64,000 nt of DNA, from positions 1,764 through 65,763 of the forward strand of contig JAJTYZ010000112.1 of NCBI GenBank assembly GCA_021463515.1, given 5' to 3'. The DNA comes from Chthoniobacterales bacterium (GTDB lineage: Bacteria > Verrucomicrobiota > Verrucomicrobiia > Chthoniobacterales > JACTMZ01). Both the position numbers and the translations under genes were made by a program. Shown piece after piece: positions 1-9,688 of this stretch. Each line of letters starts with the position of its first letter. The first letter of the stretch is position 1. The notes below the pieces were generated by a model that saw nothing but the letters and a program-made list of their open reading frames with translations, did not search any database and had not been told where the DNA came from.

Positions 1-476
1 CTTTTATTCCCTCCTGCCTCCATCACCGCATTCGCTCGAGACAAGGGATGCCCCACACTCTGATCCAGTACAAATTTCTTACCCACCTTCTTTGCTCTTT
101 CCCCGATCACCCATGATGCCGTATCAAAACCGATGACAACATCCACCGCCCCAATCTCACTCTGTGGAATAAGTTTCTGAAAGAGCCAGTTTCGCCAATG
201 CCACAGCCTCTCCCGCTTAATCGGAAGCCTCGCCAACCCCAGAGCTAGTATTTCCACCCAAGAAATCGTCCGCAATTTTTCAATCGGAATATCAATCATC
301 CGCCTTCTCGGTCGGCTACACTTCCCTCGAACCACCCCTATCCCCGTCCAAAACCGCCATAAAAGTCCCCGCCTCTCCAATTCTGTCGCCAATCGTGGCG
401 CATGTTGCGTCCCCGGATGAACCAACAATACACGTAGCAAGCCTCGATTTGGGCTCTTTGCAATATCCGGATTCAT
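1..476 (-). CDS. Glycosyltransferase family 4, N-terminal part (runs off the window edge)
   Basis: Hand-translated from ATG 476: MNPDIAKSPNRGLLRVLLVHPGTQHAPRLA...DVVIGFDTASW...FVLDQSVGHP; open to base 1. Confidence 0.75.
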   Translation of the reverse strand, partial: MNPDIAKSPNRGLLRVLLVHPGTQHAPRLATELERRGLLWRFWTGIGVVRGKCSRPRRRMIDIPIEKLRTISWVEILALGLARLPIKRERLWHWRNWLFQKLIPQSEIGAVDVVIGFDTASWVIGERAKKVGKKFVLDQSVGHPLSRANAVMEAGGNK

Positions 477-510
477 AGGTGTTGTCAAAACCCCAAAGAC
501 AAAAAATCGC

Positions 511-1164
511 TTAGTGCTTCGCCCAAAGCCATTGGTTAAAACCAATCGGTCGCCTCTCTGGCGCAAACCTTCTCCACCACGCTTTCGGCACAGAGTTCAC
601 AACAAATCCGAGGCATTCCAAAAAGCGACGACACTCTGTGTCTAAGGACTTTGAATGTGTTTCAAGCAAGAGAAAAATTCGCTTCTGACTTAAAAAATCG
701 TGAATCTCATGCAGTACTTTTAGTTCCGCACCATCTATATCAATTTTGATGAGCACAGGCTCCGGCAAAGCCAAGAGCGACACCACCACGCTCTCACTCC
801 CTGGAAAAAAATCCTGATAAATCAACAACCTTGGATCGTCCCTAAATCCATTGAGACTCATATTTTCCTGAAAGATCGGCCATCTTTCCAGTTTAGGATC
901 AAAAGCCAGCACCTTTTCCACATTAGGGTGTTTCAAAGCCCATGCCGCCATCTCCCCATAACCGGCTCCTACATCAACCATGCTTCTCATCACTCCCCCA
1001 GCCCTCCTCAAAAATGGTGTTGTTTCTGCTTCATAAAGTCCTAGCAGCAAGGTTATTTCACATGAAGAGTCAATGAACAGTCTCAAGCCGCCATACAATC
1101 CCGCCCACACCCAACGCGGTCGCCGCCCTGAGCCCCAAAGGATTTTTTTAACGCAAGCCTTCAT
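511..1164 (-). CDS. FkbM-like SAM-dependent methyltransferase
   Basis: VDVGAGYG motif I, IKIDIDGAE, LETH; paralog of 22867..23538. Confidence 0.8.
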   Translation of the reverse strand: MKACVKKILWGSGRRPRWVWAGLYGGLRLFIDSSCEITLLLGLYEAETTPFLRRAGGVMRSMVDVGAGYGEMAAWALKHPNVEKVLAFDPKLERWPIFQENMSLNGFRDDPRLLIYQDFFPGSESVVVSLLALPEPVLIKIDIDGAELKVLHEIHDFLSQKRIFLLLETHSKSLDTECRRFLECLGFVVNSVPKAWWRRFAPERRPIGFNQWLWAKH

Positions 1165-1172
1165 GATGCTCT

Positions 1173-2102
1173 TTACCTAATCTCACCCTGCCATCCTTTT
1201 GGTTTAGCAGCGTGTCGGCCACTGATAAAAAACTTGCGAAATGTCACCCGCTTCACAGGTTGTCGTTTTTTCCAATAACTCGATGCTAATTTTAGGAAAT
1301 CCCAGACACCAAACAATCCGGAGTAAAACTCCTCTCCTCCCCCTTTCCATCCCCAACACACTTGGTTAATAGCTTTCCCTGGCAAATAATATAACACCTG
1401 CGGCATGGGGACACGCAGTAATGCAAAAATCAAATCATTCAATGTCCCGGAGCGATGCTGCTTTCCCCAATTCCGCCCACTCGTAGTTTTATCATGCCAA
1501 ACATGCACTCCGGGCAAAAATCGAACAACCCATCTATGATCCAAAAATCGCAGGCACAAATCCTTTTCTTCCGAACCATAATACCCAGGAAACTCCGCAT
1601 AATTTCCCACTTCTAAAGTATAACTTCGTCTCAAAACATGCCCACATCCCACATAACCCAAAGCATCCTTACCCACCTCACGTGCCACCTTCTTCGGGCG
1701 ATCCGGTGACAAAATATCAAATGCTACTCCCGCTACTTTGGTATCCTTCTCAAACTCACGCGCAGCCATCTCAATCTCATCTCCCCGCATAAACCAAGCA
1801 TCATCGTCCAAGCTACAAAACAAATCAAACCCCTCCATCTCCAACATCCGAGCCCGCGAATCAATCAACGACAACTCCTCTTCCGGCACAAAATGCCGAA
1901 TCCCCGGAAATCGTGCGATAATCTTCCCATTCTCCCTCCGCATCTCCTCTGTCCCGGAGTTATCCCACACCATCACATCAATCAATCCATAAGACTGCTC
2001 CAAACACGATTCCAAACACTTAGGCAAATATTCCGGTCTATCCTTCGTCACAATCCCCACACGCACCCGCAACTGCCCACTAATTTCCTCTTCTTTCAGC
2101 AT
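1173..2102 (-). CDS. Glycosyltransferase family 2
   Basis: VGIVTKDR...VWDNS, SLDDDAWF DxD motif, SEEKDL; start uncertain because the N-terminus overlaps a repeat arm. Confidence 0.85.
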   Translation of the reverse strand: MLKEEEISGQLRVRVGIVTKDRPEYLPKCLESCLEQSYGLIDVMVWDNSGTEEMRRENGKIIARFPGIRHFVPEEELSLIDSRARMLEMEGFDLFCSLDDDAWFMRGDEIEMAAREFEKDTKVAGVAFDILSPDRPKKVAREVGKDALGYVGCGHVLRRSYTLEVGNYAEFPGYYGSEEKDLCLRFLDHRWVVRFLPGVHVWHDKTTSGRNWGKQHRSGTLNDLIFALLRVPMPQVLYYLPGKAINQVCWGWKGGGEEFYSGLFGVWDFLKLASSYWKKRQPVKRVTFRKFFISGRHAAKPKGWQGEIR

Positions 2103-2135
2103 CTCAATCTCCCCCCCACTGACAACTGCCAACTT

Positions 2136-2687
2136 TCATACCTTCCCCCCAATTTCCCTCGCTGGAATCCCAGCAACTACGGTTTCGGCAGGCACATCTT
2201 TAGTCACCACGGCACCAGCTCCCACCACCGCGAATTTGCCAATACGAACATTCCGTAAAACTTTAACACCCGCGCCCAGCCAAACTCCATCTTCAATGAT
2301 CGTCTCCCCGAGTCTCATCGGTTGACTTTTCACATCTTTTCCTTCCACCGGCGTATGGTCCGAGTCCGTGATAAAACACATCGGTCCGATCATCACATTC
2401 GATCCTATCCAAAGTTTGTTGGATGCATCAAGAATCGTGTGGCGGTTAATATACGTGCCACAGCCGATCCGAATTTTATCCTTTTTGGGTAGCCCGCTCG
2501 CCAAAATTGTCACCCCACGATCAAGAGCACATCCCTTGAGTGTAATATCCGCCCAATGACGAGGAATTTCAATCTGGCGCATCCAACAATACTTTTCAAT
2601 ATTCACCCCTAATGCTCGGTAATAGAGATTGCGCCAGCGCGAAGCACTTCCCATACAGAGACGATGGAGGAGATGGATTGGATTCAT
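2136..2687 (-). CDS. Hexapeptide-repeat (LbH) O-acetyltransferase
   Basis: IEDGVWLGAGVKVL..IGKFAVVGAGAVVTKDVP..VAGIPAR. Confidence 0.9.
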   Translation of the reverse strand: MNPIHLLHRLCMGSASRWRNLYYRALGVNIEKYCWMRQIEIPRHWADITLKGCALDRGVTILASGLPKKDKIRIGCGTYINRHTILDASNKLWIGSNVMIGPMCFITDSDHTPVEGKDVKSQPMRLGETIIEDGVWLGAGVKVLRNVRIGKFAVVGAGAVVTKDVPAETVVAGIPAREIGGKV

Positions 2688-2691
2688 AACT

Positions 2692-3642
2692 TCAAAATGG
2701 CGGCAAAGACCGCCCTACCAAAATATCAAAGTATCCGAGAAGCGAACCTTTCAGAACTCGCCACTGTTTTGGATTGTGTAGGCTCCCAATCATTGTAGCG
2801 ATCATTTGAAATGCGCCCCAGATCATAAGCCAAACCCAATATCTAAATCCTTGAATTCCCTGCACGCGGCGCGCCACAAAATCTCTATTAACCACGCCCA
2901 TCCTCGCCACCCTTGCAAGATCAGATTTATGGCTTCCTGTTTGAGTATCATGAAAAATCCGTGCCGTTCGCGCATTGACCAATTTCCATTTTCTAGCCAC
3001 CACCAATGACAAAGCCACATCTTCCATCATCGAATATCCGGTGAACATTGGATCAAATGGAGGATCAGGCAAAGCCTCACGACGATACAGTGTAAGTCCC
3101 AAATTTAGCCACCCCACCGAAACCACGTCCGGCATTTCTTCACGATCTGCTGGAAGAAGATTCACCGCAGGCCCAAAAATCTTTCCCGCATAATCCGGTC
3201 CTAAGCCACCACCAATCAGCCGGTAAACAAGCCGCGAAACTCTGCCAGGTTCATGATATTTCTGATTCGTAATCATTGCGCTGGCACCACCGTTATCCGA
3301 AGCCAAGTGTAAAGCATTCCAAACGCGCTCCAAAGCATGTGCCTCCAGAACAACATCATCATCCGCAAAACCAATAACATTCTCACGCACCAGACCCACT
3401 CCTTGATTTCGCTGAGCCGCAGCACCCCGCTGCTTGGCTGGAATACATAGTACCCTCGCGAACAAATCAAACCGTTCCTGCATCACACGGCATACCTCTA
3501 CGGTTTGAGTGTCCGACGAAGCATCCACCACCATGATTTCGCGTGGCCACACACCTTGAATCAATACAGATTCCAACATCTGTTGCAAAACAGCAGAACG
3601 CCCCGAAGTCGGGATCACCAGACTAAGGGGCAACACCTTCAA
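2692..3642 (-). CDS. Glycosyltransferase family 2
   Basis: SLVIPT..VVDAS, AAQRNQG, FADDDV, MEDVALS. Confidence 0.9.
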   Translation of the reverse strand: MKVLPLSLVIPTSGRSAVLQQMLESVLIQGVWPREIMVVDASSDTQTVEVCRVMQERFDLFARVLCIPAKQRGAAAQRNQGVGLVRENVIGFADDDVVLEAHALERVWNALHLASDNGGASAMITNQKYHEPGRVSRLVYRLIGGGLGPDYAGKIFGPAVNLLPADREEMPDVVSVGWLNLGLTLYRREALPDPPFDPMFTGYSMMEDVALSLVVARKWKLVNARTARIFHDTQTGSHKSDLARVARMGVVNRDFVARRVQGIQGFRYWVWLMIWGAFQMIATMIGSLHNPKQWRVLKGSLLGYFDILVGRSLPPF

Positions 3643-4376
3643 GTTGTGACCTCCCTAAGCACCCGCCAAAATCCCTCCCGAATCTTCACCGGGTCAAAAT
3701 CGCGTCTCCCTGCCTCTACAGCCCGCTTCGCCAGCCCAACCCTCAACTCTCCATCTGTCTTCAATCTTTGTAAGCACGCCACCAATTCCTCACGCGTGGT
3801 GCACGAAACCACCCCATTGGGGTAAAAATTGAGAAATTCTAAAACGCTAAAACGTTGCAATAATCCAACCCTTTCAGCATTTCCATTTTTCAGCTTTTCA
3901 GTTTCTTCACCTTTCAGCTTTCCCTCCCCTGTCAACTGCCCACTGCCAACTGCCAACTCCTCTACCCCACGCCCATATCTCACTCCGGTAGCAAACTCCG
4001 GCCCCGACACCACCACGGGCATCCCCAGTCCCAAATACTCCGTTAACTTACTTGGAAAATGCGTACGGTAAAGCATCTCATTATCTCCAGCAGGATTTGA
4101 ATAAGGTAAAATCATCACATCCGCCCGTTCCTGCATCGTGCGCCACATTTCTAGGATATTCATACGATGCGGCATCCATTCCACAACATCCGTCGCCTCC
4201 AATAATCCCTTTAACTTATACGGCGGTCGCGGTGTCGAAGTCAAAACCTTAGCATTCACCTCCCGCAACACCGGAATCAACGCCATCAACGCTTCCCCAT
4301 ATCCATAAGCCACCGATCCTGCATATCCCAGCGTCAAAGTCCCCACCCCATTTCCAGTATTCTCCTCTTGCTTCAT
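3639..4376 (-). CDS. Glycosyltransferase (GT-B/GT4-like), C-terminal half, with an in-frame repeat insertion
   Basis: LGYAGS, ADVMILP, FPSKLTEYLGLGMPVV; same frame as 4452..5093. Confidence 0.75.
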   Translation of the reverse strand: MKQEENTGNGVGTLTLGYAGSVAYGYGEALMALIPVLREVNAKVLTSTPRPPYKLKGLLEATDVVEWMPHRMNILEMWRTMQERADVMILPYSNPAGDNEMLYRTHFPSKLTEYLGLGMPVVVSGPEFATGVRYGRGVEELAVGSGQLTGEGKLKGEETEKLKNGNAERVGLLQRFSVLEFLNFYPNGVVSCTTREELVACLQRLKTDGELRVGLAKRAVEAGRRDFDPVKIREGFWRVLREVTT

Positions 4377-4451
4377 TTCAAAATTTTAGTCTTTCAGCCT
4401 CTCTCTGCCAACTGACTACTGATTCCTGCCAACTCCTCTCCTTCCAGCATT

Positions 4452-5093
4452 TTAGCCTTTCATCATTGCAGCCCGAAGTACTCTCGACATTTCGGGCGAG
4501 CGTGGCTGCAAATCCTCACTCCGATTCGGATACATCACCTCACCCCTCACACTATACCGATTCGCTAGATAATCTTCCATTTCCGGGCTCACGCACAATC
4601 TCCTTGCTGCTGCTCGATATACCCTTCGGTTTTGTTCAAATAATCCCCGCTTCGCCCAAGAAAAAACTTTCTCAAATTCCTCGTTAAGATCGTGGACAAT
4701 CAATACAAGCGGTACACCTAATAATCGTGCTGTCCGTTCCGCCGTCAGAATCCATGGCGTGCTCACCATCACCGCAACAACAATCCTTGGTTTAAAACTT
4801 CCCAATAAACTCAAAATCCTTCGATGTGTTGGCAAAGGAATCAACCCTGTTGCCGCCCATGATCGCTTATACATGCTAAATCGGGTATTATCAAAGCGCG
4901 CCATCGGCATTTTTAACTCACAGTAAGAACACGGTAGCACCTTTGCCCCATGATCTGTAGGCGGTCCCATAACGCACAGCGAATCTATGGGATACTCCGA
5001 AAAAAGGTGATACAACAATATCGCGCCTGCGTTTCGCGTTTGAGGAACTTCACCAGAAAGAATGAGCACATACGGCTTAATCATTGTCGGCAT
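4452..5093 (-). CDS. Glycosyltransferase (GT4-like), N-terminal half of a split gene
   Basis: PLVLIVHD, LCVSPEMEDY..VMYPN typical of a GT4 N-domain; the nucleotide-binding domain is in 3639..4376. Confidence 0.75.
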   Translation of the reverse strand: MPTMIKPYVLILSGEVPQTRNAGAILLYHLFSEYPIDSLCVMGPPTDHGAKVLPCSYCELKMPMARFDNTRFSMYKRSWAATGLIPLPTHRRILSLLGSFKPRIVVAVMVSTPWILTAERTARLLGVPLVLIVHDLNEEFEKVFSWAKRGLFEQNRRVYRAAARRLCVSPEMEDYLANRYSVRGEVMYPNRSEDLQPRSPEMSRVLRAAMMKG

Positions 5094-5144
5094 AATTATC
5101 TCTCGACTGTTATACTTTTAAGAAAGTTATCTATTGAACTACCT

Positions 5145-6623
5145 CTACCTTAATTCAACGACAATACTATCATCATCATCCTTGATTCTACCATCACGAA
5201 CAATACTTACATTAATACTTTTCCTCAACACCTGTTCAAGCCTATATTTCAACCACCCAGCATTCTTCTCCTCATAAAAATCAACCTCTCCATTCGTGAG
5301 CTTTTTCCGAACTATAACGACAAGTGATAAAGCTTCTGGATTGCGTGCTAATTTAGCTAGCGCGAGATCAAATACGACTTGTTCCTCCTGAACATTGCGT
5401 GATGTGTGCCAAGCTTCACCCCTTGTAGAAATAATATTAAAAAGACAAAACAAAATAATTAAAATTGAATACAATATCGGACGATTCAAGTGCCGAATCA
5501 TCCACAAATAGGCAATAGCTACTATCCCTAATGTAATGCCCATGTCAGCACCATAATTAAGGCGAGTTTGCGTTGAAATCGCACCCTGTGCTATAAATGT
5601 CCCTCGAAATCCGGCAAATAATACATAAGAAAACAACAAAATCCAAAGTATTGAAATTTTCCTTATGCCCCCTTCAGCTTTATCACTTTTAAGAAGAATA
5701 GCTCCACCCGAAAGGGCAAAGATGCCGATCAGACCCCATATAGGAAGGGTGATAGAATCTATTCCTTGATTCAACAGATCCCTCCAAGGAATGAGCCACA
5801 ATGAATGCAGCCATCGTAGGTGAACGGAGATGAGTGCTATAAACTTCCTTTCTATCCCGCCCCCCGGTGTCCGAGCACCAGAATCTAAAGGATATGTTAC
5901 CAAATATGCTCCCACCCAAATCATATAAGGAAGCAACATCCATCCCGATAACTTTAAAGCCGCCCAAATTCCCGCGCGCCACTCTCCTCGTGTAATTTTA
6001 TCCTTGCTCTTTGAATGTAATAATGCGATGGCAAAAAAGACTATCCATGACGCTAAAGCCTGTTCATAAATTAAAAGTGAGGCAAAAACTAAAGTTTGAG
6101 CATAAATCAAATAACGTATATGACCTATTTGCATCCACTCTTGAAATGAAATTAAGGCTAATAAAAAGAAGGCCATAGATAAGCGTTGATGTACACAAAC
6201 CCACCAGACAACGGTCTGCGTATGCCAAGGGGCAGTCACAAAGAGAAGAGTTGCTCCCAACGCAACAGCAGCAGGAAATCGCATTCGATGGAGAAAAATT
6301 AATAGAAGAACACCATTTACAGCGTGCCCTAAAATACCCACACACATAGCACCAAATTCACCGAGTATCCACCCACCATACCCAATTATTATTAAAGAAA
6401 ATGGACGTGCTACTGAATAACTGCCAGCTCCACTTTTTCTAATAGATTCAGATAAACTCGGCCACGTACCACCCGGCTGCCCAAAAACAAACATATAATC
6501 ATCACTAAACCACCCACCACCATAAAGGAGTGGACTATAACTTAAAATGGCAGCAAAGATGACCAAGAGAATTCCTGGCCACCTCTCCCTTATCCCCCAT
6601 AACTCAGAACACGCTACACTCAC
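5145..6623 (-). CDS. Polytopic membrane glycosyltransferase (GT-C/GtrII-like)
   Basis: N-terminal FSDDY loop, RPFS, many transmembrane segments, YEQ motif. Confidence 0.65.
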   Translation of the reverse strand: MSVACSELWGIRERWPGILLVIFAAILSYSPLLYGGGWFSDDYMFVFGQPGGTWPSLSESIRKSGAGSYSVARPFSLIIIGYGGWILGEFGAMCVGILGHAVNGVLLLIFLHRMRFPAAVALGATLLFVTAPWHTQTVVWWVCVHQRLSMAFFLLALISFQEWMQIGHIRYLIYAQTLVFASLLIYEQALASWIVFFAIALLHSKSKDKITRGEWRAGIWAALKLSGWMLLPYMIWVGAYLVTYPLDSGARTPGGGIERKFIALISVHLRWLHSLWLIPWRDLLNQGIDSITLPIWGLIGIFALSGGAILLKSDKAEGGIRKISILWILLFSYVLFAGFRGTFIAQGAISTQTRLNYGADMGITLGIVAIAYLWMIRHLNRPILYSILIILFCLFNIISTRGEAWHTSRNVQEEQVVFDLALAKLARNPEALSLVVIVRKKLTNGEVDFYEEKNAGWLKYRLEQVLRKSINVSIVRDGRIKDDDDSIVVELR

Positions 6624-7603
6624 AAATAGTTTTGAAAATGATGTTGATAAAATTTCATTATAGCACTAAGCCCACTTCGCAACGAAACTTTGGGAACCCA
6701 TTCCAAAACTTTAGTTGCCCTTTGAAAATCGGCATAGTAATCCCCGATATCAATTTGCATTCGATCGGCGGGATAAGGCTTCACCTCGAATGCTCCTCCC
6801 CCATGAGCCTGAATCAACAATGTCGCTAAATCCAACAAAGTCACAGGAGGAGGCCCCCCTATATTGAATATCTGACCATCAGCTAGTGGATTCTCAGCAG
6901 CTAATAGCAGCGCGTCAACTGCATCATCAACATAGGTAAAATCACGCAGTTGTGAGCCACCCCAAACTTCAAAAGGTTTTCCTTCAAGCAACAATCGAAT
7001 CCACACCCCAAGAAAGGTCTGCCGCGCATCCTTAATACGCATACCAGGTCCAATCGTATTAGTTAATCGCAGCACCGCAGCCTTTATCCCATATACATTA
7101 TTGTACAAAATATGGTAAAACTCACCGGCCATTTTATTGATTCCATTGACATCCACCGGCCGCAGTGGATGATTTTCGTCAACAGGCAGATAATCAGGTT
7201 TTCCATAAATCTGCCGTGTACTAGCAAATACCACCTTGATCGTTGGATTAAATTGGCGGCACGCCTCTAACATCGATAATTGCGCTCGCGCATTTATTTC
7301 TAGATCTGTATTCGGATCACTCATTGAATCCATATGACTCGTCTGACCAGCCAGATTAAATAGCACATCTTTCCCTTGGATTAAGTATTTCATGCTAAAC
7401 CGATCTCGAACATCCGAGATATTCACATGAACCCTTCTTGAAAAATCCGTGATGTTACACCAATTGCCTCCATATTCAGGAATGAGACTATCTACAATGG
7501 ACACATCAGCACCGAGATCAACAAGACGCCGTGCAAGGTTTGAGCCTATGAATCCTAGACCTCCGGTAATAAGCACTTTTCTTCCACTATAAAACTTGTT
7601 CAT
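6620..7603 (-). CDS. NAD-dependent epimerase/dehydratase
   Basis: ITGGLGFIGS, FASTRQIYG, NGINK, LRLTN. Confidence 0.9.
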   Translation of the reverse strand: MNKFYSGRKVLITGGLGFIGSNLARRLVDLGADVSIVDSLIPEYGGNWCNITDFSRRVHVNISDVRDRFSMKYLIQGKDVLFNLAGQTSHMDSMSDPNTDLEINARAQLSMLEACRQFNPTIKVVFASTRQIYGKPDYLPVDENHPLRPVDVNGINKMAGEFYHILYNNVYGIKAAVLRLTNTIGPGMRIKDARQTFLGVWIRLLLEGKPFEVWGGSQLRDFTYVDDAVDALLLAAENPLADGQIFNIGGPPPVTLLDLATLLIQAHGGGAFEVKPYPADRMQIDIGDYYADFQRATKVLEWVPKVSLRSGLSAIMKFYQHHFQNYL

Positions 7604-8706
7604 GGTTGATAAGCTTCCTGTAAAGCCTTTGCTACAAAGCTAACTTCGTCGTCCTCCATCTCTGGAAAACTGGGAATAGTAAACACTGTACGACAGCATT
7701 CTTCCGTAAGAGAAAGGTGAACATTCTTGAAGTGTTCCTTTAACACCCGTTGTTGATAATCTGGAACAGGAAAGTGTACATCACTCGCAACACCTCTATG
7801 TGCTAACTGTTGGATCACTTCTTTCCTTTTCGTACTTCGAAGCACATAGTGATGCACTATGAAATTATCATTACGTGAAAATGGCAAACGCGGTACAACA
7901 CTTGACAGAGCCTCATGATAAATACTAGCAATCTGACGACGCCGCTTATTCATAGAATCCAGATGATCGAGCTTCACATTGAGAACAGCAGCCTGCATTT
8001 CATCCATTCTACTGTTTGTTCCTCCTGGCATATTCACATAGTATTTATTTGCCCAGCCATATTGCCGTAACGAACGCAAACGTTGGGCGAAATCATCGTT
8101 ATGGCTTACAACAGCACCTGCATCCCCATAAGCTCCAAGATTTTTTGTGGGGTAAAAGCTAAAACACCCGGCAATCCCAAAACTACCTGTCATCCTCCCT
8201 TCCCACCGTGCGCCATGTGATTCAGCACAATCTTCAATCAGAGGAATTCCTGCTTCATTGCAAATTGTTGCTATACTGCCCATATCTGCAGCTTGCCCAT
8301 AAAGGTGAGTGGCAATAATTGCTCGCGTTCGAGAGGTTATTGCCTTCCTTAAAGCTTGAGGATTCATTGTCATTAACTCCGAATCAATTTCACAGTATAC
8401 AGGATGTAACTTAGCATTAAGGATGGCACATGTCGCATACATCCCCGCATTAGCTACTGTAATAACCTCTCCTCCACAGCAGTCCAATGCCCGTAATGCC
8501 AATTCGATAGCCTGAGTTCCATTAGCAACACCAACAACATGAGGCACACCAAGATACTTCGCAAAACGTTTTTCAAATTCTGTTACCTCTGGGCCAAGGA
8601 TAAAGTTCGCACGTGTATGAACAGTATGTAAGCGTGCGGCGACAGCATCCTTGAAGGATGCGACATGACGCGAAAAGTCTTGTAAGGGAATCTTCATTAA
8701 GATCAA
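7600..8706 (-). CDS. DegT/DnrJ/EryC1/StrS aminotransferase
   Basis: IEDCAESHG, FSFYPTKNLGAYGDAG, NSRMDEMQAA. Confidence 0.95.
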   Translation of the reverse strand: MILMKIPLQDFSRHVASFKDAVAARLHTVHTRANFILGPEVTEFEKRFAKYLGVPHVVGVANGTQAIELALRALDCCGGEVITVANAGMYATCAILNAKLHPVYCEIDSELMTMNPQALRKAITSRTRAIIATHLYGQAADMGSIATICNEAGIPLIEDCAESHGARWEGRMTGSFGIAGCFSFYPTKNLGAYGDAGAVVSHNDDFAQRLRSLRQYGWANKYYVNMPGGTNSRMDEMQAAVLNVKLDHLDSMNKRRRQIASIYHEALSSVVPRLPFSRNDNFIVHHYVLRSTKRKEVIQQLAHRGVASDVHFPVPDYQQRVLKEHFKNVHLSLTEECCRTVFTIPSFPEMEDDEVSFVAKALQEAYQP

Positions 8707-8719
8707 TTATTAACTCCAC

Positions 8720-9688
8720 TCAGTTGGGCTTGTGCTCCTGAATAGTACGCACCAGCGATTGAGGACGCCCCGCGAGTGTTAAATAGGTGCGCCCTAAGTA
8801 TTCACCAATCACTCCAAGCATTAACAGCTGTGCGCCGGAAAATACACTAATAGCAGCCATTAAAGAGGCCCACCCCTTTATAGGCTCTCCATATAGAAAT
8901 TTTTCACCTATAACTAAAATGACCAGCACAAATCCTAACGTACAAAGCCCCGTCCCCATCAAACTTGCTAATCGAAGAGGCATCACACTAAAATTAAAAA
9001 ACATATTCATCCACAATCGAACGAGTCGCCTTAATGTATATCCACTTTGACCTTCAACTCGTTTTGCATGCTCTACTTGCAAGCGATCAATACGATTGGT
9101 GGCTCCAAGAATCAACCCATCAATATATGGAAACGGCCCACGATAACTCGTAATACGCTCTACTAATTCTCTACGCATTCCCCGAAAACTACATAAGTAG
9201 AGGTCCTTCGGTTTATCAAGAAGATAAGTTGCTACAACATTGGTAAACCAACTCCCAAAATTGCGCAATGGATGATGCTTTTTCTCCGTAAACCAAGTGT
9301 ACACGACATCGCAATCATGACTTTTAAGATATTCGACAATTTTTAAGGCCTCAGAAACAGGATTTTGAAGATCATCATCAAGATTTACAATATACCGTCC
9401 TTTTGCCTGGCGAAACCCCTCTAAGACAGCAGCATGCTCGCCATAATTTTTAGCCATATCAATAAAAACGACAGGATAAGGTAATTTCGAAATTCTTTCC
9501 GTCACTCGCTGCCCCGTTCCATCGGAGCTGGCATCATTCACCAAAACTAATTCCCAGCCTCCTTCGATCGGCAAGTCTCGAAAGGCATCTAGTAACTTAT
9601 GTAAAAAGCTTCCTGTGTTATAAAGTGGCACAACAAAACTAACTAGGGGCATATCTGCTGAATGAATCATAATAATTTCTTCCATCAA
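8720..9688 (-). CDS. Polyprenol-phosphate glycosyltransferase (GT2, ArnC/GtrB-like)
   Basis: VNDASSDGT, NYGEHAA, LDDDLQNP, two C-terminal TMs, IGEYLGR..GRP. Confidence 0.9.
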   Translation of the reverse strand: MMEEIIMIHSADMPLVSFVVPLYNTGSFLHKLLDAFRDLPIEGGWELVLVNDASSDGTGQRVTERISKLPYPVVFIDMAKNYGEHAAVLEGFRQAKGRYIVNLDDDLQNPVSEALKIVEYLKSHDCDVVYTWFTEKKHHPLRNFGSWFTNVVATYLLDKPKDLYLCSFRGMRRELVERITSYRGPFPYIDGLILGATNRIDRLQVEHAKRVEGQSGYTLRRLVRLWMNMFFNFSVMPLRLASLMGTGLCTLGFVLVILVIGEKFLYGEPIKGWASLMAAISVFSGAQLLMLGVIGEYLGRTYLTLAGRPQSLVRTIQEHKPN

